A stretch of 43,994 nucleotides of DNA from Octopus bimaculoides (GCF_001194135.2 NC_068981.1:184771705-184815698); one strand, 5' to 3'; numbered from the stretch's first letter, positions 23,822 through 35,654 are shown. Notes: generated from the letters alone by a model not told the origin. A program made the numbers and translations.

Positions 23822-24132
23822 TTCTTATTCTTTGTAAGCCTAGTACTAATTCTATCGGTCTTTTTGCCGAACCACTAAGTTTTCGGGCCGTAAACACACC
23901 AACATCAGTCGTCAAGCGATGTTGGGGGAAAGCGCAGACACACACACAAATATATATATATATGTATACGACGGGCTTCTTTCAGTTTCCGTCTACCAAA
24001 TTCACTCACAAGGCTTTGGTCTGCCTGAGGCTATAGTGGAAGATACTTGCCCAAGGTGCCACACAGTGGAACTGAACCCGGAACGATGTGGTTAGAAAGC
24101 AAGCTTCTTACCACACAGCCACGCTGTGCCTA
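23822..24132 (-). mobile_element. SINE family A, 3'-truncated
   Basis: Has the head (GTGGTAAGAAGCTTGC...GGGTTCAGTTCCACTG), the CORE-like GTGGCACCTTGGGCAAGT and the internal microsatellite. It stops after AGGCTTACAAAGAATAA. Confidence 0.88.
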
Positions 24133-24362
24133 CACACGCACACACACACACACACATACGCACAAAAACACACACACATACGCACAAAAGCACTCACACA
24201 TACATATATTTCTATATGTATATTTATGTATGTGTGTCTATGCATTTTTATTTGTATTACATGAGATGTACAAACTAATGATGGATATTTGCCAATCCTA
24301 GAATGAGAATCGCTGTGTGACATGTAAATATAATTTGCAGCATTGCAGTATTTAATTTTCCT

Positions 24363-24508
24363 TTCTTTTTGCCTGGAGGACCACAATCTGGCCCTCCATA
24401 GCAAGTAGGATGGCGGCTACCAGCCAGGTAACATCCACTTCAGGAGGGGTCTTATCTACCTTTACCTTAGAAGCACGTCTTCCCGGGTAAATGGTTAGAA
24501 GGACTACC
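24363..24508 (-). mobile_element. Second partial copy of the ORF1-only element, running into a gap
   Basis: 146 bp matching 23113-23258 with one mismatch (TCCCGGG vs TCCTGGG). Confidence 0.88.
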
Positions 24509-25164
24509 NNNNNNNNNNNNNNNNNNNNNNNNNNNNNNNNNNNNNNNNNNNNNNNNNNNNNNNNNNNNNNNNNNNNNNNNNNNNNNNNNNNNNNNNNNNN
24601 NNNNNNNNNNNNNNNNNNNNNNNNNNNNNNNNNNNNNNNNNNNNNNNNNNNNNNNNNNNNNNNNNNNNNNNNNNNNNNNNNNNNNNNNNNNNNNNNNNNN
24701 NNNNNNNNNNNNNNNNNNNNNNNNNNNNNNNNNNNNNNNNNNNNNNNNNNNNNNNNNNNNNNNNNNNNNNNNNNNNNNNNNNNNNNNNNNNNNNNNNNNN
24801 NNNNNNNNNNNNNNNNNNNNNNNNNNNNNNNNNNNNNNNNNNNNNNNNNNNNNNNNNNNNNNNNNNNNNNNNNNNNNNNNNNNNNNNNNNNNNNNNNNNN
24901 NNNNNNNNNNNNNNNNNNNNNNNNNNNNNNNNNNNNNNNNNNNNNNNNNNNNNNNNNNNNNNNNNNNNNNNNNNNNNNNNNNNNNNNNNNNNNNNNNNNN
25001 NNNNNNNNNNNNNNNNNNNNNNNNNNNNNNNNNNNNNNNNNNNNNNNNNNNNNNNNNNNNNNNNNNNNNNNNNNNNNNNNNNNNNNNNNNNNNNNNNNNN
25101 NNNNNNNNNNNNNNNNNNNNNNNNNNNNNNNNNNNNATATATCATATATATATGACAACTAAAT

Positions 25165-25312
25165 CTATTTACGTTCTGAGTTCAAATGCCGCCGAGGTCG
25201 CCTCTTCCTTTCATCCTTTTCGGGGTCGATAAAATAAATACCAGTTGAGTATTGGGGTTGATGTAATCAACTTATCCCCTCCCTCGAAATTGTGCCAAAA
25301 TTTGAAACCAAT
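25165..25312 (+). mobile_element. SINE family B (Meta/MESC-like central domain), partial
   Basis: TTCTGAGTTCAAAT..CCGAGGTCG...CTTTCATCCTTTTCGGGGTCGATAAAATAAATACCAG. The domain name is recalled from memory. Confidence 0.75.
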
Positions 25313-26464
25313 ATTATAGATTATTTGCTGTTACCAAGGTGAATTGCATCAATGTTAATTTTGCACACATCGTATTTCAGTAGTATAGTCGAAAGGCCTT
25401 CTATGTATGCGAATACTTGAATTAATTTATCATATTTTTATTTTTCCATTATTGCCTACTTTTTCCGTTTTACATATTTTCTTGTTCTCCTCTAAGTCAT
25501 CCTTTTTACCGTTCAAACTAGATAGCCTGTCTTTGTACTTGTCTCACTCAGTCTCTGATATTCTTACCTCTATACCCCAGCAGTTTTTGCTGTTGATGCC
25601 ATCAAATTAAACAATGTTATCGATAAGGTATCGAAATCGAGATGACTTTTGGTCGATAACTGATGAGAGGCGAGCGTTTCCATGTACTTGTGTTTCTTTT
25701 CCCGAGTCCTTTATGTTCCTTCGTCGTCCCCTTGTGTCACATTTTACGTATCACTTCATCGGTTACTGGACGCGAACCACGCAACCTTAATTCTAAACGC
25801 TAGCATCTCATCTAGTTAATTAACTAACCATTCTCACACAAAAGATATATAAAGTTAAATATTTAGTTTTTAAGAAAAATTCTTCAGAGTGTGATATTTG
25901 TGTTTCTTCCTATTGCGACTTTTATGGCGACAAATTTCTCTCGTAAATGACACCACAAATGACAAAATGAAATTTTATGCTGTCGTCCTAATTAACTTTA
26001 GTAGAAGATTTCACAGAAAGTGACGTCTCGAAAGGAACGGATTTAATGACACAACAAATCTTCCGTATTGTGAGGTTTCCGCTGAACGTTAGTGACGTTA
26101 AATAAAGATAAAACATTGCGATGGCATATTTACAAATAAGATACACCAAGGCCATTTGCTATGATAAATACCAATTGCAAATTTTAAACATCAGCCTTGC
26201 AACCACTACGTTTCGGGTTCAATTCCACTGGTTACCGTGAAAAGTAAGATGTTCTAGAAAGTAATTAATCAACCAAGTATTTTTTTAAAATGGTTATTGC
26301 ATTATATATGTTAAAACTAACTATTAATTTTCATGCTGATGGCGTCACTGAGTAATTTATTACACGCATGATTTAACTATATCCAAAAATGTGTCATAAG
26401 AGCCAATCAATATTTGAGGAATGTACTTAGTACAGTTGAAAGTTTCTTCACAACACTGTCCTGG

Positions 26465-26660
26465 TACTCCGTCGATTACGACGATGAGGGTCCCAGTTGA
26501 TCCGATCGACGGAACAGCCTGCACGTGAAATTAACGTGCAAGTGACTGAGTACTCTACAGACACTTGCACCCTTAACGTAGTTCTCGAGGGAGGGGAGAT
26601 TCAGCGTGACACAGAGTGTGACAAGGCTGGCTCTTTGAAATACAGGTACAACAGAAACAG
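26465..26660 (-). mobile_element. SINE family C, 3' portion (probable)
   Basis: Recognisable repeat body (ACGACGATGAGGGTCCCAGTTGATCCG...CAGCGTGACACAGAGTGTGACAAGGCTGG). A diverged relative lies at about 11960-12150. Confidence 0.45.
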
Positions 26661-28064
26661 CAAAAAAGAGTGAGAGAAAGTTGTGGTGAAAGAGTACAGC
26701 AGGGACTTGTACCTTGTGGAGTAATTTTCTAAGTGCAATCCCATGGTCATTCATAACTGAAGGGGATCTTTATTATACATATAGATATATGATTTTGTAT
26801 ACATATTTATTCATAATCCGCACAGTATAGAAACTAGGATATAACTGTAACTGCACTGTTAGTTCTGCCATAAATATATTCTTTAATAGATCTGCTGTAT
26901 GTTCTGAAGCAAATTTTGCTGAGGAACAAAGACATAAGAGTTCATATGACCTTCATTAATATTGGTGACGTTTTCTGTATCAAACGTCACTTACCATTTG
27001 TTACAACTGTTTAGATATGTCTGATACTAACCTCATCCTGTAGAGTCTGCTATCTTAATATGTGCTAACATCATTTCTTTGATAAGAAAATAATTCCCAA
27101 AGGTAAAACAAAGGGGAAACGCTTTTTCAAAGTCGTAAATTAATGGTAATCTTTAAGCAAACTCCGTTACAGATTAAGTTTTACTACTTAAGATGCCATA
27201 TACTCGTTAAGGCCCCTAAGTTCAGTACTATTTAAAGCAGCTGTCATTTCCCATTTCTCTGATGCCAGATGATCGCTTTATAACTTTGGAGTTTATTGAT
27301 TTTTCCAAAGTTAAATATTTTCATTGTGTAATGGTATTCCAAATGTGTTTAGTTGTAGTTCAAACAGTCTAGATATTTGTTTATTTACCTATTTCCAATT
27401 GCTTTCGCAGTCAGGATTTTCCTCCAGTATACAAATACCAATGAAAGAAGTCATTACATGGTCTCTTGACTGGCTGCAAATAGCAGATAAATCACCTTCA
27501 ACTTATGACTTGCCGTTTTGAACAAAAAGAAAAACATACTGGTTAATGTATTCGTCAACTCCTGTTCAAATGCAGGACTTTCATAGCTGAGGCACTATTG
27601 ATCATAGGTCTGTTCTAGCAGGGCTGATGGGGATAAACAACATAAAAAACAACAAAATTTTTGTTTAGATTTGCAATAAGAAAGAACCGGTTGATTGCTA
27701 GAATGAATCGAGCATCAAACAAAATACCTTCTAGTATGTAGTCCGACTTCAAATCTCATCGGCGTCGACTACGCCTTTGGCCTTCCTATGTTTGATAAAA
27801 ATGCACGAGTAAAGTACTGAGACTGGTATAGTCCGCTAAATGCCATCTCCACATTTGTGTTAGAAATCAATATTTGTTGTACGAGAATATTGAGATGCCA
27901 CATTTTGATATAGCTGACAGAATAGTTTGAGCATCGGAATAGTTCTTGCATACTTTGTTCTGGCACTTTACGATCTGAGTTCAAATCATGTCAACGTCAA
28001 CTTTGACTTTCATACTTTGGAAATTGAGAAAATAAAAGTACCAAGTTAATTAACAACCAATTAT

Positions 28065-28182
28065 CAAAACGTATAATGTGCGGAAAGAGACCCTGTGAGA
28101 CCTCTGACAACAGGCTGCTGTCCGCTCTCGCAGAATCAACCAGAGCAAACAAGACCGAGAAACTCTGAGAAGTAAAAGAAGT
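28065..28182 (+). mobile_element. Probable R4/Dong 3' UTR fragment
   Basis: Ends directly in a (CAA)n(TAA)n array. The motif CCTGTGAGACCTCTGACAACAGG resembles the 3' UTR motifs of neighbouring fragments. Confidence 0.35.
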
Positions 28183-28202
28183 ACAACAACAACAACAACA
28201 AC

Positions 28203-28255
<53 letters not shown>

Positions 28256-28261
28256 TTTCTG

Positions 28262-28560
28262 ATTTGGGCACATGACCAATAATTTTGAGAGAAGTGGGGT
28301 GGCTGCTATCGACCCCATTATTTAAATGGTGCTACATTTTATGAACCGCAAATAGATGAAAGGCAAAATTTACTCCGGTGGGATTTGAATTCAGAAATTA
28401 GGAGCTTGAAAAATAATTGTTTCTAGTTTAGGCACACAAGGCCAGTAGATTTGAGGGCAGAGGTTTATCGATTAAATTGTACTCAGTACTTGACTAGTAC
28501 TTCGTGTTATCGACTCCCTTGTGGGATGAAAACCAATATCGATCGCGGCAGAAATTTGAA
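28262..28560 (-). mobile_element. Two diverged SINE family B copies
   Basis: GGTGCTACATTTTATGAACC..ATGAAAGGCAAAAT and TAGTACTTCGTGTTATCGACTCCC..GATGAAAACC are reverse-complement matches to the family B central domain. Confidence 0.55.
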
Positions 28561-28736
28561 AACAGAACATAAAAATACCTGAACAGGTGATACTGCAATG
28601 CAGTTTTCTCTGATGCTCGAACGCTTCTGTCACTCCGCCAACTGTCCGTGGAATACTTAACCATTTACAAAATAACAACAACAACAAGTAAAACAACAAC
28701 AACAACAATAATAATAATTATAATAATAACAATAAT

Positions 28737-29168
28737 CAGATCAGGTGCTAGAGCGTAACAGCCCGCACATAGTGGTGGTGGACAAGATGCAGCACATGTG
28801 CTATATAGTTGATGTTGCATGCCCCTTTGACCCACGAATAATCAAGAAAGAAGGCGAAAAGATAGAGAAACGCAACCCTCTTAAGTACGAAATAGCCCGG
28901 CTACGGAAAATGAAGAAAGTGAAGATAGTGCCAATTATTGTTGGGTATTTAGGCAGAGAATCAGAAGACATAAAGAGGAGTATAAAAGAAATTGGAATAG
29001 AATGCCCAGTAGAACTGTTAGAAAAGGTTTGCCTTCTTAGCACGGCCAGAATAATCAGAAAAGTATTTGATAGCTGAAAAGAACGAATAGCATGGTACCG
29101 TAGGCTGCAGGTAGTAAGCCCACTACGCATGCAAGACTGCAGGAGCTCCAAAACCTTTGATAAAGAGA
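28737..29168 (+). mobile_element. 5'-truncated R4/Dong-clade non-LTR retrotransposon (RLE domain plus 3' UTR)
   Basis: ORF 28745-29077 (NSPHIVVVDKMQHMCYIVDVACPFDPRIIKKEGEKIEK...VPIIVGYLG...CLLSTARIIRKVF*) matches the PD..D-type restriction-like endonuclease region. TAA/CAA repeats flank both sides. Confidence 0.85.
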
Positions 29169-29169
29169 T

Positions 29170-29217
<48 letters not shown>

Positions 29218-29287
29218 AATAATAATAATAATGATAATCAAACCAAATATATGTCACCCTAGTCATAACACCAACTTGAACGCCTAA

Positions 29288-29497
29288 CTTCTTATCTCTT
29301 GAGGTCTCTAGGTGAGACTTAGAGTCAACTTGTATAAATACAAAGCAAAAGTCAAACATAATAATAATAATAATAATAATGATAATAATAATAATAACAA
29401 TAAATAATAATAATAATGAACTTCTAACTTGTCTCTTGAGGTCTCTGGGTGAGACTTGGAGCCAACTTGTACAAATACAAAGCAAAAGTCAAACATA
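29288..29497 (+). mobile_element. Two tandem R4/Dong-like 3' ends (29288-29360 and 29419-29497)
   Basis: Two near-identical copies of TCTCTTGAGGTCTCT(A/G)GGTGAGACTT..CAACTTGTA.AAATACAAAGCAAAAGTCAAAC, each followed by TAA repeats. Confidence 0.55.
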
Positions 29498-29934
29498 TAA
29501 TAATGATAATAATTGCCTTCTGATCTTAACTGATTGGAAGTGTTATCATGTACATTGTTTTGTGTTGGTATTAAAGATGGGCTACAGCAAATATTCTGCT
29601 CAATAGCACAGATTTACTTGTCAATTGTTTGACCTTAACCAGTTGAGCATGTCCCTTGGTGGCTGACAATATGTGCATCTCTGATCATGAGCAGAAGTAG
29701 TGGGGGAGCATCATAGCCATGTGTTGAGAGGAATTCTTTGGGGTTTGAATAATTCACCTCTGGAAACAGGAGTGTTTTGTTCATCATCCTTAAAACAAGC
29801 CTCATTCAGGGACCTCTTGAGTGGGATGGGCTACTCGACCTGAAGAAAATTCTAACTGGGCCCCACCTGCAAGGTCATGCGCTGTTCATCTCGATATGAG
29901 ATCACTATGTCGCTCACATATGGTTGTGATTGCA

Positions 29935-30085
29935 AAGATGAAGCACTATACAAGAAATTGAAAACGAATGAAACTGAAAACAGGTGGGTAAAGGAAAGAA
30001 TGCATGGTCAATTTCATAGAGATGTTGAAGATAAGACAGACAGAGAAAAAGATGGCTATGGATGACTAAAATTGATTTAAAACCG
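29935..30085 (+). mobile_element. R4/Dong ORF internal fragment
   Basis: YKKLKTNETENRWVKERMHGQFHRDVEDKTDREK then (frameshift) WLWMTKIDLKP matches the W..K..HGQF...W.W....LK.ET motif. Confidence 0.7.
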
Positions 30086-30287
30086 GGCGAAATGCTTAGC
30101 GGTATTTCGTCTGCTGCTACGTTCTGAGTTCAAATTCCGCCGAGGTCTACTTTGCCTTTCGTCCTTTCGGGTCGATAAATTAAGTACCAGTTACGCACTG
30201 GGGTCGATATAATCGACTTAATCCCTTTGTCTGTCCTTGTTTGCCCCCTTTGTGTGTAGCCCTTTGTGGGCAGTAAAGAAATAAGAA
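30083..30287 (+). mobile_element. SINE family B with the GCCC..TGTGGGCAGTAAAGAAAT tail
   Basis: Has the B-box GAGTTCAAATTCC and the central domain. The tail is TGTGTGTAGCCCTTTGTGGGCAGTAAAGAAATAAG. Confidence 0.85.
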
Positions 30288-30429
30288 AACAGCACTGCTT
30301 GGAACCGCTCGCATATTCCGGAAGGTGTTCGAAAAATAAGAGGTGTTACCTTAGTTCACTGGTAGTGAACAACTGATACTGTAGTACATCTCCAGCGATA
30401 GAAGCTGTGCAAAGGCAATAATAAAACTA

Positions 30430-30432
<3 letters not shown>
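30288..30432 (+). mobile_element. R4/Dong 3' end, a different family
   Basis: ALLGTARIFRKVFEK*, then a 3' UTR ending AATAAAACTACTG and (AAT)n. Confidence 0.75.
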
Positions 30433-30504
<72 letters not shown>

Positions 30505-30508
<4 letters not shown>

Positions 30509-30558
30509 TGCAAAAAACGACAAAGAGCTAGAAACACTACTACAGACAGTACACGGCT
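30505..30558 (+). mobile_element. R4/Dong RT fragment starting after (AAT)n and running into a gap
   Basis: YAKNDKELETLLQTVH matches the sequence that follows YMDD in R4-clade RT. Confidence 0.6.
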
Positions 30559-31303
30559 NNNNNNNNNNNNNNNNNNNNNNNNNNNNNNNNNNNNNNNNNN
30601 NNNNNNNNNNNNNNNNNNNNNNNNNNNNNNNNNNNNNNNNNNNNNNNNNNNNNNNNNNNNNNNNNNNNNNNNNNNNNNNNNNNNNNNNNNNNNNNNNNNN
30701 NNNNNNNNNNNNNNNNNNNNNNNNNNNNNNNNNNNNNNNNNNNNNNNNNNNNNNNNNNNNNNNNNNNNNNNNNNNNNNNNNNNNNNNNNNNNNNNNNNNN
30801 NNNNNNNNNNNNNNNNNNNNNNNNNNNNNNNNNNNNNNNNNNNNNNNNNNNNNNNNNNNNNNNNNNNNNNNNNNNNNNNNNNNNNNNNNNNNNNNNNNNN
30901 NNNNNNNNNNNNNNNNNNNNNNNNNNNNNNNNNNNNNNNNNNNNNNNNNNNNNNNNNNNNNNNNNNNNNNNNNNNNNNNNNNNNNNNNNNNNNNNNNNNN
31001 NNNNNNNNNNNNNNNNNNNNNNNNNNNNNNNNNNNNNNNNNNNNNNNNNNNNNNNNNNNNNNNNNNNNNNNNNNNNNNNNNNNNNNNNNNNNNNNNNNNN
31101 NNNNNNNNNNNNNNNNNNNNNNNNNNNNNNNNNNNNNNNNNNNNNNNNNNNNNNNNNNNNNNNNNNNNNNNNNNNNNNNNNNNNNNNNNNNNNNNNNNNN
31201 NNNNNNNNNNNNNNNNNNNNNNNNNNNNNNNNNNNNNNNNNNNNNGTCACTATGCATTTTGTCCGGCATACTAACGATTCTGACGGCTCGCTACCTTAAT
31301 TAA

Positions 31304-31356
<53 letters not shown>

Positions 31357-31357
<1 letters not shown>

Positions 31358-31570
31358 CCTTGCTACTATAGGCACAAGGCCTGGAATTGTGGAGGAGGGG
31401 GCTAGTCGATTACATCGACTCCTGTGTTTCACTGGTGCTCAATTTATCGATCTCGAAAGGGTGAAAAGCAAAGTCGACCTTGGTGAAATTTAAACTCAGA
31501 ACGTAACGGCAAACGAAATACCGCTAAGCATTTCGCCCGGCGTTCTAACGATTGTACCAGCTCACCGCCT
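31357..31570 (-). mobile_element. SINE family B, full length, between TAA arrays
   Basis: Reverse complement of the 34998-35212 type. Confidence 0.85.
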
Positions 31571-31599
31571 TCATAATAATAATAATTATAATAATAATG

Positions 31600-31651
<52 letters not shown>

Positions 31652-32446
31652 GCATGTTTTCAATAAAAATGTAGGAAATGAAATATGAGCTATGCATTGG
31701 TAATGACGTTAATGAGAAATAGAATAGAAAAACTATATCTTAGAAAAGGCAAACTGAATTTTGAAAAAGAACAGAAAAAATACTAAAAAAGTGCACGCAA
31801 AAACCCCAAACAAACAAAATAATTGGAGGAAGATAAAGGAGATGTAGAAGATGGTAATGATGACGAACATTTACAAGAACGCTTTGAAAGTTATAAGATA
31901 AATAGTGGCACTTTTGGGACAAGATTAACTTCATTAAGAGAAACCACTAAAATTAGTTTATTGCATAAAATGTTCGTTTCTTGTAATTTGTAACTGGTTT
32001 AAATAATGAGCTTGCGTGTATAAGTTTTGAAATTAGCGTCGAGGTGTGAATAGTTTAGTGTTGCGCTTGTTTTAATGTATTCTACGGTTTTGAAGTTTAC
32101 GAATTGAGGAAAGAATATGAACAAACAGATGAGAATACGTAAATTGAAAACCAGCAGCAACAGCAACAAGAAGAACAATTACAGTAATAATAAGAACAAC
32201 AGTGAAGATAATTGAACAAGAAACTAAAAAAGTAAAATGAACCAAAAGCGAGATATATATAAAAAAAAAAACGTGTTTTTCGTTATCATGATTTAATTAC
32301 CCGAGAAAAATCAAAAATGTGTCCCTTGGCAGATATAATGGTAAAAATACAGACTGAAGTGTTGTATGGAATACATGATTTCATATATTGGTTCATTCAA
32401 TTGTGTTTATTAATAATTATTGATTTTTTTTTTAAAGGAAAATCTT

Positions 32447-32820
32447 TATTTTATTGTCACCACGTAAAATATTGAAGCAAAATTTATTGTCACCACGTTA
32501 CAAAGTTAAGTTCCTGTTATCACATCACTTGCTATTATATTACTGTCACCATGTCGTTTGTTGTTATGTTATTCTCATCGTGTCACCTGTTGCTATAGTT
32601 ACCTGTTGCTATGTTATTGTCATCATGTCAAATGTTGCTGTAGTCACCACGTCTCTGGTTGCTATGCTTAAGTTACCATGTTGCCTTTTGGTGTGTAGTC
32701 ACTGTCATCAAATCACGTTTTGCTATGTTACTGTCATCACGTCACCTACTGCTATGCTTGAGTCACCATGTCGACTGTTGCCATAGTTTACTGTCATCCC
32801 ATCAGGTGTCGCTAAGCTGC
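32447..32820. repeat. Degenerate ~30-bp minisatellite
   Basis: Recurring GTTGCTATGTTACTGTCA(T/C)CA(C/T)GTC-like units. Confidence 0.75.
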
Positions 32821-32984
32821 TGTATTTACGTCATCATTAATGACTGTCCGTGCATCAACTGTAGCTATGATAGTATCACCCATCGTTATACTAATGTCAT
32901 CACCTGATCTCTTGCAGAATGAGATAACGTCGCGCAATCTATTTCTATGATATTATAATTACATGCTACTATATTTATTATTAT

Positions 32985-33250
32985 TCTTTATTGCCCACAA
33001 GGGGCTAAACACAGAGGGGACAAACAATGTCAAAGGGATTAAGTCAGTTACATCGATCTCAGTGCATAACTTTGAAGGGTTTCAGTCGAAGAAATCGACC
33101 CACCCCCACCACCCCAAGACTTATTCATTATAAGCTTAGTACTTATTTTTATCGATCGTTTTTTACCGGACCGCTAAGTTACGGAGACGTAAACGCACCA
33201 ACACCGGTTGTCAAGCAGTGATGGGGGAAACACAGATACAGAGTCACACA
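32985..33250 (-). mobile_element. Family B tail piece joined to a family A 3' half
   Basis: Tail TGTGTTTAGCCCCTTGTGGGCAATAAAGAAT at 32985-33025, then family A body, then a microsatellite and a gap. Confidence 0.7.
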
Positions 33251-34819
33251 CACAGATATATACATAGATATATACAATATATATATANNNNNNNNNNNNN
33301 NNNNNNNNNNNNNNNNNNNNNNNNNNNNNNNNNNNNNNNNNNNNNNNNNNNNNNNNNNNNNNNNNNNNNNNNNNNNNNNNNNNNNNNNNNNNNNNNNNNN
33401 NNNNNNNNNNNNNNNNNNNNNNNNNNNNNNNNNNNNNNNNNNNNNNNNNNNNNNNNNNNNNNNNNNNNNNNNNNNNNNNNNNNNNNNNNNNNNNNNNNNN
33501 NNNNNNNNNNNNNNNNNNNNNNNNNNNNNNNNNNNNNNNNNNNNNNNNNNNNNNNNNNNNNNNNNNNNNNNNNNNNNNNNNNNNNNNNNNNNNNNNNNNN
33601 NNNNNNNNNNNNNNNNNNNNNNNNNNNNNNNNNNNNNNNNNNNNNNNNNNNNNNNNNNNNNNNNNNNNNNNNNNNNNNNNNNNNNNNNNNNNNNNNNNNN
33701 NNNNNNNNNNNNNNNNNNNNNNNNNNNNNNNNNNNNNNNNNNNNNNNNNNNNNNNNNNNNNNNNNNNNNNNNNNNNNNNNNNNNNNNNNNNNNNNNNNNN
33801 NNNNNNNNNNNNNNNNNNNNNNNNNNNNNNNNNNNNNNNNNNNNNNNNNNNNNNNNNNNNNNNNNNNNNNNNNNNNNNNNNTATAACTGACTTGTTCCTT
33901 CTCATAATTTCTGGGTTTGAAACCTACAATGGACCGGCGTCCCATTCAGAGGGGTTGTCATGGAAACCGATCTACCGACCATATTAGTCATAGGGCCGAA
34001 GAAATATAAAGAAAAATATTTAAAAAATACCTAACACTATACTGTCCATTTTATCTAGATATAATGAGACAGGTTTTAATTTAAGGAGATTTGGCTGCTA
34101 TGTTTGCACGCTTAGGTTTAGTGAATAATTTAATATCTTCGTCTCTGTATTTGCTGTATTTTGTTGCTGAGATTTTATTTCTTCGCCTCTTGTAATTTCA
34201 AATGAATTTTTACATTTCTGAATACCTTATCACCAACAAACATACTTTTGACAATCCATGTTTTCTAATTATATATTGTCTTATAGTCACTAATCTGTTC
34301 AGAGCTTCCGTTCTCATGAAATTTTAAAAGTTTACTTATGTTAAACTCTCTCGAGGTTTTAAGTCGTGCTGTATAAATAAATCCCCGTAAATCTCTGGAA
34401 TTTAGATCTTATCTATTTTCCCGGATAGTTATTTTGCTTATTATCTACTTCCAGGAATTAAACACCGTAAATATTAATATATTTGTGATTTATGAAACCT
34501 CTTGTTACGTTCAAGAAGTATCGGTCAAATTTCCATTTTCCATTTACAGTCTAAGTCGTGAATTTACATATTTTGTGTCTTCCCACTTTCTTTTTTTTTT
34601 TATATCACAACCTATAATAACGCCATCTTGGCTGTAAATTAAACTCTGTTTCAACAATACGTTTTATGTACATATTTTCGTTTCTGGTCATTTCTAAAAG
34701 ATGGCTTGAGTTTTCATTGTTTCTATTTTCATTTTGTTTATGGCCGAGGAAGGGCATAACCTTTGTAAGGTCACCAAGACTGGTTGAGAAGAGAAGAAAG
34801 ATAAACAGATGGATAAACA

Positions 34820-35212
34820 GATGAAGCGGTGCATATTTCGTCTGCCGTTAGGATTTGAGTTTGAATTCCGCCGAGACGGACTTTGCCTTTCATCCTTTCG
34901 GGGTCGATAAATTTTGTACCAATTACGTACTGGGGTCCATGTAATCGGCTTAATCCCTTCCCCCAAAATTTGAGGCCTTGTGTTTCCAGTAGAAAGAAGG
35001 CGGTGAGCTGGCAGAATCGTTAGCACGCCGGGCGAAATGCTTAGCGATATTTTGTCTGTCTTTACGTTCTGAGTTCAAATTCCGCCGAAGTCGACTTTGC
35101 CTTTCATCCTTTCGGGGTCGATAAATTAAGTACCAGTTACGTACTTGGTTCGATATAATCGACTGATCCCCTCCCCCAAAATTTCGGGCCTTGTACCTAG
35201 AGTAGAAAAGAA
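34820..35212 (+). mobile_element. Tandem SINE family B copies (partial 34820-34997, full 34998-35212)
   Basis: Head GGCGGTGAGCTGGCAGAATCGTTAG (A-box-like), B-box GAGTTCAAATTCC, central GCCTTTCATCCTTTCGGGGTCGATAAATTAAGTACCAG, tail GGCCTTGTACCTAGAGTAGAAAGAAT. Confidence 0.9.
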
Positions 35213-35232
35213 TATGGAGTAGTGCAAGTGAA

Positions 35233-35330
35233 AGCATGTGGCTTAGTGGTTGCACTCACGATCGCAAGATTGTGGTTTCGATTCCCAGACAAGTTGGTGC
35301 ACTATGTTCTTGAACAAAACAAAACACTTC
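35233..35330 (+). mobile_element. SINE family C head
   Basis: GCATGTGGCTTAGTGGTT...GATTGTGGTTTCGATTCCC, a tRNA-like head with A and B boxes. Confidence 0.55.
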
Positions 35331-35654
35331 GAGATCTGATATATGACACACCGTGCATCCGTACAGAAAATGTCGATTCAATGGAAGGGGTGAGTTAATG
35401 TGAACACAACCATTTGATGGCTATAAGCAAATCATGTGTGCAGTTTGTTCAGGATGAAGTTGCAGAACTCTCATCTGTCGTTTACGTTAGAAGAGTTCAC
35501 CATCGGACAAACGTTTCAAAATATCTTGAATGGGAAACATTGCGCCAATGTTTGTGAGGGATTAGTAATAAAGATGCTTACATTAGTGGTATGAAGTCTA
35601 CCACTAATGAACAGGTTCAACCCGTCAGGCCGGCTTTCACTCAGTTTCTGACTT

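Noticed and set aside
26988-27080. Minus-strand exon ending ATG|GTAAGT
   Set aside because: The donor is strong, but all upstream frames contain stops and nothing else supports it; GTAAGT occurs often by chance in AT-rich DNA.
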